Positions 42,031-57,700 are shown, numbered from the stretch's first letter. The stretch is DNA of 64,000 bases from Eledone cirrhosa (GCA_964016885.1 OZ024742.1:74152001-74216000); one strand, 5' to 3'. Notes: generated from the sequence alone by a model not told the origin. Numbers and translations: made by a program.

Positions 42031-43019
42031 TTTTCAGAGAAATAGCAGGACAGCACCCGTAACTCATTTCAGGCTCTCCCGGGACTGGTTGGATGAAAGG
42101 AGGAAATTATCCCTCGATCAGAGACCTGGCTCGAATGCTTGCAGTAAATTAGACCCCATTAAGAAACCAATAGACAAGTGAAGGTATTCAGCCTGACGAC
42201 ACTACAGAAGATTCGGTGATGATCACATCTATTTTTTTCCTTATTCCTATAATGAAAAATATAGAGTGTCATGAAAAAAATGTATTCTGTTAATATAAAT
42301 CTACAGCCATTGCTAGGTATAAATAACGAAAACGGGTTGGATATAGGTAGATAAATAGATAAATGTATGTAGACAGCTCTTTTTTATTGAACGATATCAG
42401 AGAAGTTAATCTTTTTGATTCCTCAATTAATTCTTCTTATCCATGTTTTTTCATGAGCTATTTGAGGGGCGATGCCGAATAATCTATTGGTCATTTTATT
42501 TTATTGGAAGCGCAAGTTTATGTTAATTAATTCTACGAATATTACAATTTATATAATTCTTTCGTTATGACCTACACACACACACAGACACTTACACATT
42601 TATATACTGTGTGGCTCATACATAATTATAATTACATCACATTAAATATGCTAAATATCTTTTAAATTAGCGTTTATGAGGCCATATCTGACAGAAGGCT
42701 TTCTCAACTGTGGTTTAGCTTCCATTCACCATTAACATAAAATGATGCTTAATTGCAATATCTATAGTAGATATCGAAATATAATTTCATTACAATAATC
42801 ATGCGACTTAGTAAAGTTGAATGACAAATATTTAGGAAAAAATTAAATCCGCAATAAGAAAATGATTTGCTTTATTAACTGTCGAAAGAATCTTCGTATT
42901 TTATCTTTATTGGTTAAGTTTTTAATTTCTTAAAGTTATTTTTGAAAAATTTCATTTCATCCTATATTTCGTGCTGTTTTATATTTCTTATTTCTTCTTA
43001 ATATTCAATATATTTCTTA

Positions 43020-43860
43020 TTGATTATCTAAACGGCCTGTCTCTGCTCGCGGCATCGGAGGAGCACTGTTGCAAAAAGCCAATAACAGCAACGGAAATAC
43101 TACACGAAGAATAAATCCTCTGGTTTGGATTTCGACGAACATCAACTGGCTTGTCTGTTCTAGAGGACTTTCGATCTAGTACACATGAATAATTTCTAGA
43201 AACCCTTGGTCAAGCAATGCCGATTCGAGATAAACTCTACCGACATGGAAGTGCTATTACCCGGGACCAACTTGTTTTACAGACACTTGTCAAGTGCCTG
43301 AGAATTGCTGACATGTGGAGTTATGTCGAACAGCTGCTGATCGGGTTATCAGATAAGACCGTTGTGACGATTTCCCCGCCGCCTTTTTTCGGTCGGGTAA
43401 GGCAGTTTTTATCTGTCTAGTGACTATGGCGAATGAGGTTATGTATTGTATGAGTTTGAAAGGGCTAAAGACAGACACTTTTCTCTTGGGTCAAGCCCTC
43501 ATTAATTTTTTGAAATTTCACTTGAAAAAGAAAATAAGGATAAAGAGGTAAGTGAATTTGTTGAAAGGTGGATGAAAGTGCCAAGCATGGTCTGAGTGAA
43601 CGAACCTGCTATGAGCATGCATTTGTAGATTGGAAGAGGACAGCTAGGAGAAATTGCTTGCGTTACTGGTCAGGGTGATAATGTTTTGTAGGTTTTCCCC
43701 GAGTAGCGCTCCGAGGTTTTCCCACCTTTTGTAGAATTTTTCTTTGTTTGAATTTTCTTGTTACACTGTTTTTATTATTTTTCATTTTTTTTTTACTAAT
43801 TTTCATGTAAAAGCACATTGTGTATTGATATGTTTTGTAAGCCCTCGTGGTTAATAATTG
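43020..43860 (+). pseudogene. 3' end of a Tx1/L1-like LINE (ORF2 C-terminus and UTR)
   Basis: PIRDKLYRHG...C..I..MWSYVEQLL resembles the zf-RVT region; degraded. Confidence 0.5.
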
Positions 43861-44094
43861 TATATATATATATTTGTGAGTTCTGTGGCCTTGGTAATAT
43901 ATCTGTTTGCGTGTTTTTTTTTATCATTCACAGAGTACCTATTATTGTAAGTATTGTTTCTATCTTCATCCACATTCGGGTTATTTCTATATCTAGATCT
44001 TTATATTTGGATAGTTTTTCAATTTCCTTGATAGATATATTGTCACCTGTAGGGGTTGAAGTATCAATTAGAAAACATTATGATTATTATTATT

Positions 44095-44482
44095 AGGGCG
44101 GTCGATTGGCAGTATCGGTAGATGGTCGGACGCCATGCCTTGCAGCAAAAAGTTACGGCCCTTTATGGTCTGAGTTCAAATCCTGCCGAGGTTAACTTTG
44201 TCGATAAAATAAAGTACCAGTAATACACTGGGATAATTGCTGGCCTTGTGCCAAAAGTAGAAACATTTATTAGAGTGGGGAATTGGCAGAATCGTTACTG
44301 CATCCAGTTACGATCATTAACGTTCTGAGTTCAAATCCCGCCGAGGTTAGCTTTGCCTTTCATCCTTACGGGGTCGATAAAATAAAGTACCAGTAATGCA
44401 CTGGGGTCGATTTAATCGACTTTCCCCTCCCCCAAAGTTTAAATTGCTGGCCTTGTGCCAAAAGTAGAAACAATTATTATTA
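44095..44482 (+). mobile_element. Two tandem SINE copies
   Basis: The second copy begins in the (ATT)n tail of the first. Confidence 0.85.
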
Positions 44483-45284
44483 TGTGGATATTGCTAACCA
44501 CCTTAACAAATACAAATAAAAAGTATGCATATGAATTCTTATAGTAATTATTCTTTGGGAGGAGGCATACCTGTACACCTTAAATATGATGTATTCGTAT
44601 CGACCTATTCTGACTTACGACAAGACTAGGTTCGTACTTTCGTATACAAGCAGATTCAGATGCCTGTCTTAGTATTGGGCCATAAGTATGTGTTGATAAC
44701 ATCTGTTGATTGAGCTGTGTTTATCTAGTGTGTTTTGTTAGCTTTCCTTTGGGTGTAACCTTTTCCCCATACTCCGAACTATCTACTCTATATAAGATTT
44801 GGAAATATTTGCGCATGATTCTTCTTCGTCTCTTATGTCGTAGATTAACTATTCTCCTTAGTTTTCAAGTAATACATGACTTTGTGAAACACATCTTGCA
44901 ATTCTTTCTAAATGAGAATCGGCAAGAGTTTCAGATGATAAGATATAATAGATGTGTTAGTTTTACAACTACTTGTAATTTCTAAATATTTCATAATTGA
45001 ACAAAACATCTATGAATATTACACTAAAACCAGACAAGACACATTCAAGTTTTACAACTCATTTTTTATACAAGTGAAAGGAGGTATTATCGGGGCTCGA
45101 ATTTTTAGAGTAGTCATTAACCATTTTATTACAATTAACTATGGACTCTTAGCTCCTGATAGAGTCGTAGGGGCTTAGTCCTGACACACGGCGAATCTTG
45201 GGTATTTTAAAACTAACGGAGGTCATCTTTCTCTACGCCGGAACGCAACCGATTTCTCCCACATATATTCTCAAAGAGAGAGAA

Positions 45285-45319
<35 letters not shown>

Positions 45320-45347
45320 TAGGGTGAGTGAGAGAGAAAGATATATG

Positions 45348-45378
<31 letters not shown>

Positions 45379-45379
45379 G

Positions 45380-45456
<77 letters not shown>

Positions 45457-45586
45457 GTGAGTTTTTTTTTACAAAATGAAAAATAACCGAGGTGTCCTAC
45501 ACGAGTGAAAGTATAAAGAAAAAGAGATGAAATCGAAAATGCAACTGGAGTCTTATTTAAAAAAAAATATATATATTTATTTGGTT

Positions 45587-45624
45587 CCTTTACCGGTTTC
45601 GCAGTTCTTCTGCTTTTCAAAAGG
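45587..45624 (-). ncRNA. Minimal hammerhead, U3-A8 core variant
   Basis: Reverse complement: cctt TTGAAAA gcag aagaa ctgc GAAA ccgg TA aagg; all three stems pair perfectly. Confidence 0.8.
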
Positions 45625-45652
45625 TGAGTTGAGATGGAGGGTCTGTGGTTTT

Positions 45653-45694
<42 letters not shown>

Positions 45695-45701
<7 letters not shown>

Positions 45702-48700
45702 TTCAAAATATTAACAAAAATAGACATTCGTGTGATCAAGTATATTTTATTATACATATTTCAGAGGTACTGAGCTATCTTCAACAGTACGTCCTCATCA
45801 GATAAAATAAGATGATGCATGACATACCCTGACATAGTAGATGGTTAAGATTCAGTCATTGTAGTGAATATGATATGACAAGACTCAATATTTATATACC
45901 TTAAGATTGAGACATGAAAAAATTTACATATAATACAGAGGGTGCGTGTAAGAAAGCTTAAAAATACATAATAGCAATTTACATAACTGTTAGAAATTCA
46001 AATAATTTAAATTATTGAAGAAAGAAGAAAGAAAGAAGAAAGACAGAGAGAAACAGATGAGGAAAAAATATAGTTACTAGAAGTATAGAAAGCAAAAGAG
46101 AATTGATCAAGGATAGAGAGACAACGGGGAATAATTTTTATAGTTTAAAGCATAGATAAATACATGAATATACATTTGGGCATAGCTATGTGAAAGAGTA
46201 AACTCGAATCTTTGAATTATCTAGAAGTATCCATCTATCTAAATATTAAATATATCTGCGTGTAATTATATGAGGGTTTAATTTCGAGTCCTCAATTAAT
46301 AAGAAATATACTAACAATTATTTATATACACCATATATATCCAAACTTATCCGACTGCCGTTAAATTTCGAATTCCTTATGTTAGTTCAGAATAATGGAT
46401 TAAACTAAAGGTATAATATTACAGGCTATAAAAGTTTATAAATGTCTATATTAATATTAAAGTATACTAACATATTTAATTTATAAAATCATATTTAAAG
46501 TATTTTCAAACATGAGAAAGAAACTTAGTATTTTCATCCACACGAAGGTAAACCATATTAAATTATATTATCTTATATTATTTTCCCATACTAAAATAAT
46601 TCTCATTATATAATTTAGAAAATAATTACAGTTATAAATTTAAAAATTTAAAATTAACAATTAGAATGCCCTAACGCATCTAAAGGCCTTATAATTAAAC
46701 TTAAAAAAGTTATTATTAAATTTGACAAATACATTTGTCTAAATATATACAAAGAGTATATTGTTTAAAGTTCAAGACGATATTAATCAGTTATACATAA
46801 CATAATATAATATAATAAATAAGTTACTGTTAATATTGTTACAATTAAGGTTTTAGATCAATTATTGTATCTTAGGATCATGTAATACATATATACTATA
46901 AAAAAATATCATGAATCATAAGGAAATGAACCAGATTAAAAATAAATAAGTAAATTGTTTGCGATCATATAAGTGCCAAATATTTAAACTATATAATTTA
47001 AAATACAAGAATTTTTTTAAAGGATCTATATAGTAGTATAGTATCATATTTAAAGTGTCTGCAAACATGAGAAAGAGAAAACTTAAGATTTTCATCGACC
47101 CGAAGGTAACCCGAATTTAATTAAATTAAAAAATAATAATCGTTATATAATTTAGAAAATATTTAACAATTATAACACTAGAATGTCCTTAAGTATCTAA
47201 AGTACTTATAAATGTAGCTAGAAGGCTGTTATTAAACCAGATATTCACATTTGTCCAAATATATACAGAGTATTCTGTTCGGAACTCAAGACGATATTAG
47301 TGATCCATATACATATAATAAATAAATAATAAAAACATTGTTAGTAAAGTTATAATTGAAGTTTAACATCAAGTTAAGTGGAAAAAGTTTCTCGACTAGG
47401 ATCGTGTACGACGCATGTACCATACATATATATAAACAAATATAAATATATAAATCAAACATCTTGAATCTTAAAACTAACATACACCAAAAGAATAAAT
47501 ACATAAATACATAAAAGCATGAATTGTTTACGGTTCATTACAACTGTCAACCATATAAACTATATATTTAAAAAAAATACAAGAATCCCAATCAAATTAA
47601 ATGTATCTACACAATAAAAAAACATGCATATTCATCAAGAGATCGTGTTAACAATCTATATGTCAATATATTTATATAGAACCCTTAATCTAACAATTAT
47701 CATATCATAAATGAGTAAAAAAATTAATATAACATTTTACGCACTCAGTTGATACGAAACGTCAAAAATTAGAACGTATTTATTTAGTCTTTTTTCCTGA
47801 CTTTTTGCGAGGCTTGGAATGTAGAGGAAGCTTTATGAAAGCAATTTGAGAATAATTCACTTTTTTTGTTAATTAAATTATCATAATTAGTAATTATTAA
47901 TAGGGTCTCCAAAGTACAGAGATTGCAGTTAGGTGATGTTGACGAATTCGAGTATATTCGACTATTACACAGTTTGATTTATATATTTATATTTGTTTAT
48001 ATATATGTATGGTACATGCGTCGTACACGATCCTAGTCGAGAAACTTTTTCCACTTAACTTGATGTTAAACTTCAATTATAACTTTACTAACAATGTTTT
48101 TATTATTTATTTATTATATGTATATGGATCACTAATATCGTCTTGAGTTCCGAACAGAATACTCTGTATATATTTGGACAAATGCGAATATCTGGTTTAA
48201 TAACAGCCTTCTAGCTACATTTATAAGTACTTTAGATACTTAAGGACATTCAAGTGTTATAATTGTTAAATATTTTCTAAATTATATAACGATTATTATC
48301 TATGCTTTATACTATAAAAATTATTCCCCTTTGTCTCTCTATCCTTGATCAATTCTCTTTTGCTTTCTATACTTCTAGTAACTATATTTTTTCCTCATCT
48401 GTTTCTCTCTGTCTTTCTTCTTTCTTTCTTCTTTCTTCAATAATTTAAATTATTTTAATCTCTAACAGTTATGTAAATTGCTATTATGTATTTTTAAGCT
48501 TTCTCACATGCACCCTCTGTATTATATGTAAATTTTTTCATGTCTCAATCTTAAGGTATATAAATATTGAATCTTGTCATATCATATTCACTACCATGAC
48601 TGAATCTTAACCATCTACTATGTCAGGGTATATCATACATCATCTTATTTTATCTGATGAGGACGTACTGTTGAAGATAGCTCAGTACCTCTGAAATATG

Positions 48701-48762
48701 TATAATAAAATATACTTGATCACACGAATGTCTATTTTTGTTAATATTTTGAATTAATATTA
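45695..48762. mobile_element. Fold-back Naiad-like PLE with discontinuous right arm
   Basis: 45695-46155 mirrors 48298-48762 and 47137-47460 mirrors 47973-48298; hammerheads at 45743-45809(-) and 48646-48712(+). Confidence 0.85.
47784..47972 (-). pseudogene. Naiad-like GIY-YIG C-terminal remnant (absent from the ORF track)
   Basis: Translates to ...IYSNSSTSPNCNLCTLETLLIITNYDNLINKKSELFSNCFHK...KKD*. Confidence 0.75.
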
Positions 48763-48853
48763 ATAACTCCTGAAAACCAAATCTGTTGAGTGCTTCCAAT
48801 CTATTGTAAAACTCATTCTTTGATTTATTCATTGAACCTTGTTTAACCTTTAA

Positions 48854-49851
<998 letters not shown>

Positions 49852-51284
49852 AGTACTGTTTATTTATCGATCTCGAAAGGATGAAAGGCAAAGTTGATGT
49901 CCTCGGTTGGATTTCAACTCAGATCACAGTGAGCCGGAAGAAGTAGTGAGACATATTTAATCCGATGCTCTAACGACTTTGCTAATTCCTTGCTGTCTTA
50001 TTATAGCAATTGGCTACTACAAATATTACTACAGCACTCTCGTACTTTCGATACGTTGATAACGTTAAGTTAGTCATTAAAATGACGGAAGGCTTATCAA
50101 TAGTACACCCAACCGTTCATGCTACACTCACATTATGGTACACAAGCCATACGTAATCATGAATGACTTAGTTATGTCGGAATTTGCCAAATCAATCAAC
50201 CTAGTAGTAGTTCGCGTGATAATAATGAAGGATTTTGGAATAGAGTAGTTAGAGAAAATAATAAAATAACTCTCGTGGTAAGATAACAGAAAATTTGATA
50301 GCTTAATTTTCATAGGTTCCACGCCTTATAGTGAAATAGCTACCAGTTTTGAGAGAAATCCCGAGAAACTAATCTCAATATTAAACTCGCTGTAAAAAAT
50401 AACAAATAAACAAAAAAACAACAAAACAAATAAACAAAAAAAACAAACAAACAAAAAAACAGGTATATTCATCAAATGTATCACCTGTAAATCTTATCTC
50501 CTTCATAGGAATTGCGAAATATGTACCAGAAACTCATATTTCAATTTCAAATTAAGAAATATAGTATACCGTACAATGTGAAAAACATATCGTGCGAAGA
50601 CCTACCTGAATTTTAAATAGGGAAATTAAATGGAATTAGAGGTAAAATGATCGACGAAGATATGAACATCTCATCTACATAGAAAAGAATCTTTTATCCA
50701 CATTTTTGTTGTTGTTTAACCCCAGGTCAGTCCTGATCGGCCAGGCTTATGGCACGGAACGTGTTCAGTCTATTTCTAGTGTTCAGTCTATTTCTGTACG
50801 CCTTAGAGAGATCCTGCTGATAACTACAGCGAAGTTGAGTAAGGTGAATACGGTCAGATAGTTTTAATTATCTCTCCTCAGTATTTAATGTTAAGGTGTG
50901 GTTCTCAGCACAGTGTTTGGGATCAGTGTGACTATTGCAGTTGCAGTTACTTTTGTACATATATGTTCCTTATGTTTGTCCAACCTGATCGGAAAAGATA
51001 GTCTTTTTATGTTATTGTAGTGGTAGTGCTGTGGCGTGTTTGTATGTGTCTGGATGTTTGGAGATGGTTTTTCCTGGATTAGAATAGACTATCAGAATTG
51101 AAGCTTGCTGTGGTATCAAACTGTACCCGTCGTATGTGAAGAGTGTATATTATCCCGCCGAGGTTGACTTTGCCTTTCATCCTTACGGGGTCGATAAAAT
51201 AAAGTACCAGTAATGCACTGGGTAATTGCTGGCCTTGTGCCTAAAAGTAGAAACAATTATTTTTACTGTTTTGTTGTATGTGTA

Positions 51285-51640
51285 GTCTGTTATGTGTGGT
51301 GCCTGTTGCGTGTGGAGCCTGTTGTGTGTGTGGAACCAGCTGTATGTGGAGCCTGTTGTGTGTGGAGCCTGTTGTGTGTGTAGAGCCTGTTGTATGTGGA
51401 GCCTGTTGCGTGTGGAGCCAGTTGTATGTGGAGCCTGTTGCGTGTGGAGCCAGTTGTATGTGGAGCCTGTTGTATGTGGGGCCTGTTGTGTGTGTAGAGC
51501 CTGTTGTATGTGGAGCCTGTTGCGTGTGGAGCCAGTTGTATGTGGAGCCTGTTGTATGTGGGGCCTGTAGTGTGTGGAGCCAGTTGTGTGTGGAGCCAGT
51601 TGTGTGTGGAGCCTGTTGTATGTGGTGCCTGTTGTGTGTA
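51285..51640. repeat. 17-bp minisatellite
   Basis: TGTGGAGCCTGTTGTA(T)-type units. Confidence 0.9.
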
Positions 51641-52193
51641 CAGCTTGCAACAATGTATAGTACACTGTTGTGTTCTTTGTAGTATATTGTATTTCGTGAT
51701 GGAAGCTCAAGAAGGACTGATATTATTCATGATTAATTTAATGTGTGTACACCATTATTAATGTTTATATCTGTTGGCTAAATGTGAGATTTGTGATTAC
51801 TCTAAATATACTCAAACATAGTTTGCTTTCCTTACTATGTCTTTTATATATGTTGTGAATGTTGTAGAGGAATTCTATATAACAACTAACATTTAGTCTT
51901 CTCTGCGTGCCTGCTATGTTTATATTGTTGATTAATATGTTTGGTTGTATTTCATTTTCTATATCTAAAATATCTACACATCCTTATCATACAATGTTAA
52001 GACAGGTAACTGAATCAGTTTGCGAATGAGAATACAAACAGTCGTAACCGAAAGTATTAAGTATGCGCTATATTTAATGAGTGCAAATATCCCTAACCCT
52101 TTGTATCAGTTTTATAATAATTTACATACATAAAGGTTTTATTTATATTTTGTTTTTTTACCAATCAAAATGCTAAGACATATTATAAGGTGT

Positions 52194-52273
<80 letters not shown>

Positions 52274-52297
52274 CATATATATGTATATATATATATT

Positions 52298-52387
<90 letters not shown>

Positions 52388-52411
52388 CATATATATGTAT
52401 ATATATATATT

Positions 52412-52517
<106 letters not shown>

Positions 52518-52774
52518 TGTGTGTGTAAAAGTTAAATAGAAATAACGACAGAATCGGTACAGTATATGGAAGGGTTATATTAGGTTAACGCTTGATATAG
52601 CAGGAACAGGGTCTTAACGTTTCAGACGCTAGTGCTTCATCAGAAGAAAGAATGAGAAATTATATAGAAAAAGAGTTAGGACCCCGACGGCTGAACTCTG
52701 GCCGTTTCGACAGCTAGATCTGAACTGATCCAGTAGTGTGTGTGTATGTGTGTGTATATATATATATATATATA

Positions 52775-53210
52775 TGCAAAAGTTCTATTTAAAATTGTTG
52801 GGATACAACAAGTAAATATTTTATAACTGATATAAAGCACTCGACAAGTATTTGGAGTATATATACGATATTAAATAAATGGAAACTATATTTATAAAAC
52901 CATATTTATTTCACTATACATATTTCAGGGATACCAAATTAAAATATGGTATGCCTTCATCAGATAAAATACAATATATAAACAGTTTTATAAATAATTT
53001 TGACGTACCCTATTAGATGCAACCATTATTTTTGGAAGCTGCCTGGCAGCTTCCAAAAATAATAGGGTACGTCAAAATTATTTATAAGTCTGTTTATATA
53101 TTGTATTTTATCTGATGAAGGCATACCATATTTTAATTTGGTATCCCTGTATAGTGAAATAAATATGGTTTTATAAATATAGTTTCCATTTATTTAATAT
53201 CGTATATATA
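52775..53210. mobile_element. Fold-back PLE-like end (centre ~53044)
   Basis: Same family as 48903-49720; hammerhead at 52907-52971(-); the mirror copy has lost the GAAA that follows stem II. Confidence 0.8.
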
Positions 53211-53435
53211 TATATTTATTTATCAAAATAAAAGATTATAGTTTAAGCAAAGAATCGCTGCTTTCACTCTTAACAGGATCTTTACATTTATTATTATTAC
53301 TATATATATATATATATATATATACATATTTATATATATATACACATATATAAGAATTTAACCAGTTTTAAACTAGTAAGACCATTATTCGGCAGAATAC
53401 TCGATACTTGGGATAGTAGACTGTGACCCGACTTA

Positions 53436-53470
<35 letters not shown>

Positions 53471-53554
53471 GTGTGTGTGTGTCTGTGTGTGTCTGTGTGT
53501 GTATGTGTGTGCGTCTCCTATCACCACCATTCCACAGAAGAAAGAAATACTAGT

Positions 53555-53740
53555 AATAATTGTTTCTACTTTAGGCACAAGGCCAGCAATTACCCAGTGC
53601 ATTACTGGTACTTTATTTTATCGACCCCGTAAGGATTTTATCAACCTCGGCGGGATTTGAACTCAGATCGTAAAGGGACGTAACTATGCTGGGAAGCATG
53701 GCGTCCGACACTCTACCGATACTGCCAATTCACCGCCTAA
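53555..53740 (-). mobile_element. SINE
   Basis: Reverse complement of SINE head, core and tail. Confidence 0.85.
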
Positions 53741-54092
53741 TTACTAATACTAGTAATAATGGTAATAAATGAATAAATAAAGCAGTTAACAATTAGAAAG
53801 GTGAGGTAGAGACGAAGGGCCGAAAACAAAGCGGAAATGAAACTAAAACAATAATAGTCTCAGGTTTAAAAACTAGAGAGCTACTTACGTAAAAATAGAC
53901 AGCTAGCTAAAACATAAAACAATTAGTTTCTATATCTAACTGACATGTAAAAGACATTAATCATATCCATGATTAAAGACGAATGTAATTAAGAAAACAG
54001 AAACAAAAAGAAAAATAAAGATCATTACATTCTATGCATTACTTTGAAGAAATAATGAAATAAGAAAAAGTAAATGTATGATTGTATGCATA

Positions 54093-54185
<93 letters not shown>

Positions 54186-54262
54186 GTATATATATATGTA
54201 TATATATATGTATATATATATGTATATATATATATATGTATATATATATGTATATATATATG

Positions 54263-54293
<31 letters not shown>

Positions 54294-54816
54294 GTATATA
54301 TATATATGTTATATATATATATATATTGGTAAACGGAATAGAAAATGCTGACAAATTGTTCACAGTTGAAAGATGGTTTAATTAGGAATAAAAGAGTATT
54401 AGTGATTGTATGGGTTAGTATTCAGTTGTGGTTTTAAGTTTTTAGGTTTTTACCGGTTGCGCATTTCTAAATGCTTTTCAAAAATAATTTTGAGATAGAA
54501 TGTCCGTGTTGTTTGCTCTGATCTGATTAGTTTGGGGAATTCTACCTGTTTTTATGTTAAAAAAGTGGCTCCAGCGTTACTTTGGTGTTGCAAAAATTCT
54601 TGTGGTCAAAACAATTTTGATTGGTCGGTAGAGGTCATGTGAATGTAAAAAATTGATTTTGCGCCAAGACTGTTTTTATGTTAAAAAAGTGGCTCCAGCG
54701 CTATTTGGTGTTTGCAAAAACTCTTGTGGTCAAAACAATTTTGATTGGTCGGTAGAGGTCATGTGAATAAAAAATTGGTTTTGCGCCAAGATTGAGAAAT
54801 GACTCTTTCACAACAA

Positions 54817-54857
<41 letters not shown>

Positions 54858-55159
54858 TGTAGTAGTAGTAGTAAGGTGTTCGATGTTGTGATAATGGTTA
54901 GCAGGGATGTGTGTCAAATGGCTATTAAGATAAGTGTGTGTGTGTGTGCGCGCGCGCGTGAGTGTGTATGTGTGTGTGTGTATAGCAGAGTAATTCGTGG
55001 TAGCAGGGATGGTCAGTAAGAATGTGTCTGAAAGCAATGGGGGGTATTTTAGCATGTCAAAAGATATTTTTCAGCTTTTGTCTTATACGGAGAAGTGCGT
55101 GTGTGTGTGTGTGTATAAGTCTCTTTGTATGTTAATGTACGCGTGTGTATGTGTGTGTG

Positions 55160-55196
<37 letters not shown>

Positions 55197-55534
55197 ACCA
55201 GTATTTTTTTTCCCCTGGTAAAATGGTGTACATTATTCGATTTTTTCAGTAAAATCTTAATAGAACATCAAAAATCTTAATAGAACATCAAAAATCTTAA
55301 CAATAAAAGGTGTGAAATGATATTCACTACATATATATATACACATACATATATTCACTATATATATATATATATATACATACATATATAAATATATATA
55401 TATATATACACATATATTTTTTTGTGTTGCACCATAGAGCATGTGTGTTTACGTATGTCATTGTGTTTATATGTGGGTGGAGATGTGTGCTGATGTAGGT
55501 ATGTATGTTAACGTGTGTATGTTGTGGATTCGTC

Positions 55535-56204
55535 TTAGGGAGAAGTGTTTAGACGGGGTCCGTATTTGTTAATGAAGTAAGATTCCTTGCTGATGCGCTG
55601 GGTGTGGGTGGCATTATCTTTAAATTTGTAGAGGGGAAAGATTCTGAAGTTGGGATGATTTTGGGCGGCACAGGTATCAATGTGTTCACTCAGTGGTATT
55701 TTCCTGTATTCCCGTATTTTAATTTGGGATCTATGGACTGTCATGCGTTGGCGGAGGCTGTTTTTAGTCTGGCCTATGTATTGTTCTCAACAACCTGAGC
55801 AAGTTAATACATATATTAGATTTTCCGATGCACATGTGAAATTGTGTTTTACTATAAAACGTTGTCCATCTTTGAAATAGAATTCCGAACCCTCTATTAG
55901 GTTGATGCAAATGCCACAGTTGGGTCTATCGCATTTTTTTACTGTGGGTTTCGTTGTTGTGGTTGGCAGTACTTTGGCATGTGTTAGGATGTTTTTCATT
56001 GACTTGGATTGTCTTTTGCTCTTTATGATATCGTGTGTTCGTAGAATTTGGTTCATTCTATGGTCCTTTTTCAACACAGGGATGTTCTGGAGGATGGTGT
56101 CAAAGGCCTCATTGTTGAGAGGGTTGTGTGTGGAGATGTATGGAAGAGCTTTTAGTTTCGGTTGATTTACTTTAGGGTGTCTAAGGTCCTGGGTACTGAG
56201 TTTT
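55535..56204 (-). pseudogene. PLE RT C-terminus, Cys linker and GIY-YIG endonuclease (Neptune-like)
   Basis: LPYISTHNP...KCDRPNCGIC...FTCASENLIYVLTCSGC*EQYIGQT...LRQRMTVHR...HI..C...RISKESYFINKY.P.LN; mirror partial copy at 56205-56563(+). Confidence 0.85.
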
Positions 56205-56681
56205 AGGGTTCGGAATTCTATTTCAAAGATGGACAACGTTTTATAGTAAAACACAATTTCACATGTGCATCGAAAAATCTAATATATGTATTAACTTGCT
56301 CAGGTTGTTGAGAACAATACATAGGCCAGACCAAAAACAGCCTCCGCCAACGCATGACTGTCCATAGATCCCAAATTAAAATACGGGAATACAGGAAAAT
56401 ACCACTGAGTGAACACATCGATACCTGTGCCGCCCAAAATCATCCCAACTTCAGAATCTTTCCCCTCTACAAATTTAAAGATAATGCCACCCACACCCAG
56501 CGCATCAGCAAGGAATCTTACTTCATTAACAAATACGGACCCCGTCTAAACACTTCTCTCTAAGACGAACCCACAACATACACACGTTAACATACATACT
56601 TACATCAGCACACATCTCCACCCACATATAAACACAATGACATACGTAAACACACATGCTCTATGGTGCAACACAAAAAAA

Positions 56682-56791
<110 letters not shown>

Positions 56792-56934
56792 ATATATGTA
56801 TGTGTATATATATGTAGTGAATATCATTTCACACCTTTTATTGTTAAGATTTTTGATGTTCTATTAAGAGAACCGATTTTACTGAAAAAATCGAATAATG
56901 TACACCATTTTACCAGGGGGAAAAAAATACTGGT

Positions 56935-56973
<39 letters not shown>

Positions 56974-57140
56974 CACACACACATACACACGCGTACATTA
57001 ACATACAAAGAGACTTATACACACACACACACACACGCACTTCTCCGTATAAGACAAAAGCTGAAAAATATCTTTTGACATGCTAAAATACTTTCAGACA
57101 CATTCTTACTGACCATCCCTGCTACCACGAATTACTCTGC

Positions 57141-57171
<31 letters not shown>

Positions 57172-57278
57172 GCGCGCACACGCACACGCACACGCACACA
57201 CACACACTTATCTTAATAGCCATTTGACACACATCCCTGCTAACCATTATCACAACATCGAACACCTTACTACTACTA

Positions 57279-57332
<54 letters not shown>

Positions 57333-57663
57333 TTGTTGTGAAAGAGTCATTTCTCAATCTTGGCGCAAAACCAATTTTTTATTCACATGACCTATACCGA
57401 CCAATCAAAATTGTTTTGACCACAAGAATTTTTGCAAACACCAAATAGCGCTGGAGCCACTTTTTAACATAAAAACAGTCTTGGCGCAAAATCAATTTTT
57501 TACATTCACATGACCTCTACCGACCAATCAAAATTGTTTTGACCACAAGAATTTTTGCAACACCAAAGTAACGCTGGAGCCACTTTTTTAACATAAAAAC
57601 AGGTAGAATTCCCCAAACTAATCAGATCAGAGCAAACAACACGGACACTCTATCTCAAAATTA

Positions 57664-57700
57664 TTTTTGAAAAGCATTTAGAAATGCGCAACCGGTAAAA
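57664..57700 (+). ncRNA. Hammerhead-like motif with U3-A8 and GCAA (A13C)
   Basis: ttt TTGAAAA gcatt taga aatgc GCAA ccgg TA aaa; same motif near 54448-54484(-) and 58047-58082(-). Confidence 0.55.

Noticed and set aside
50172-50277. Open frame ending in a GTAAGA donor
   Set aside because: The acceptor lacks a pyrimidine tract and no homology was recognised.
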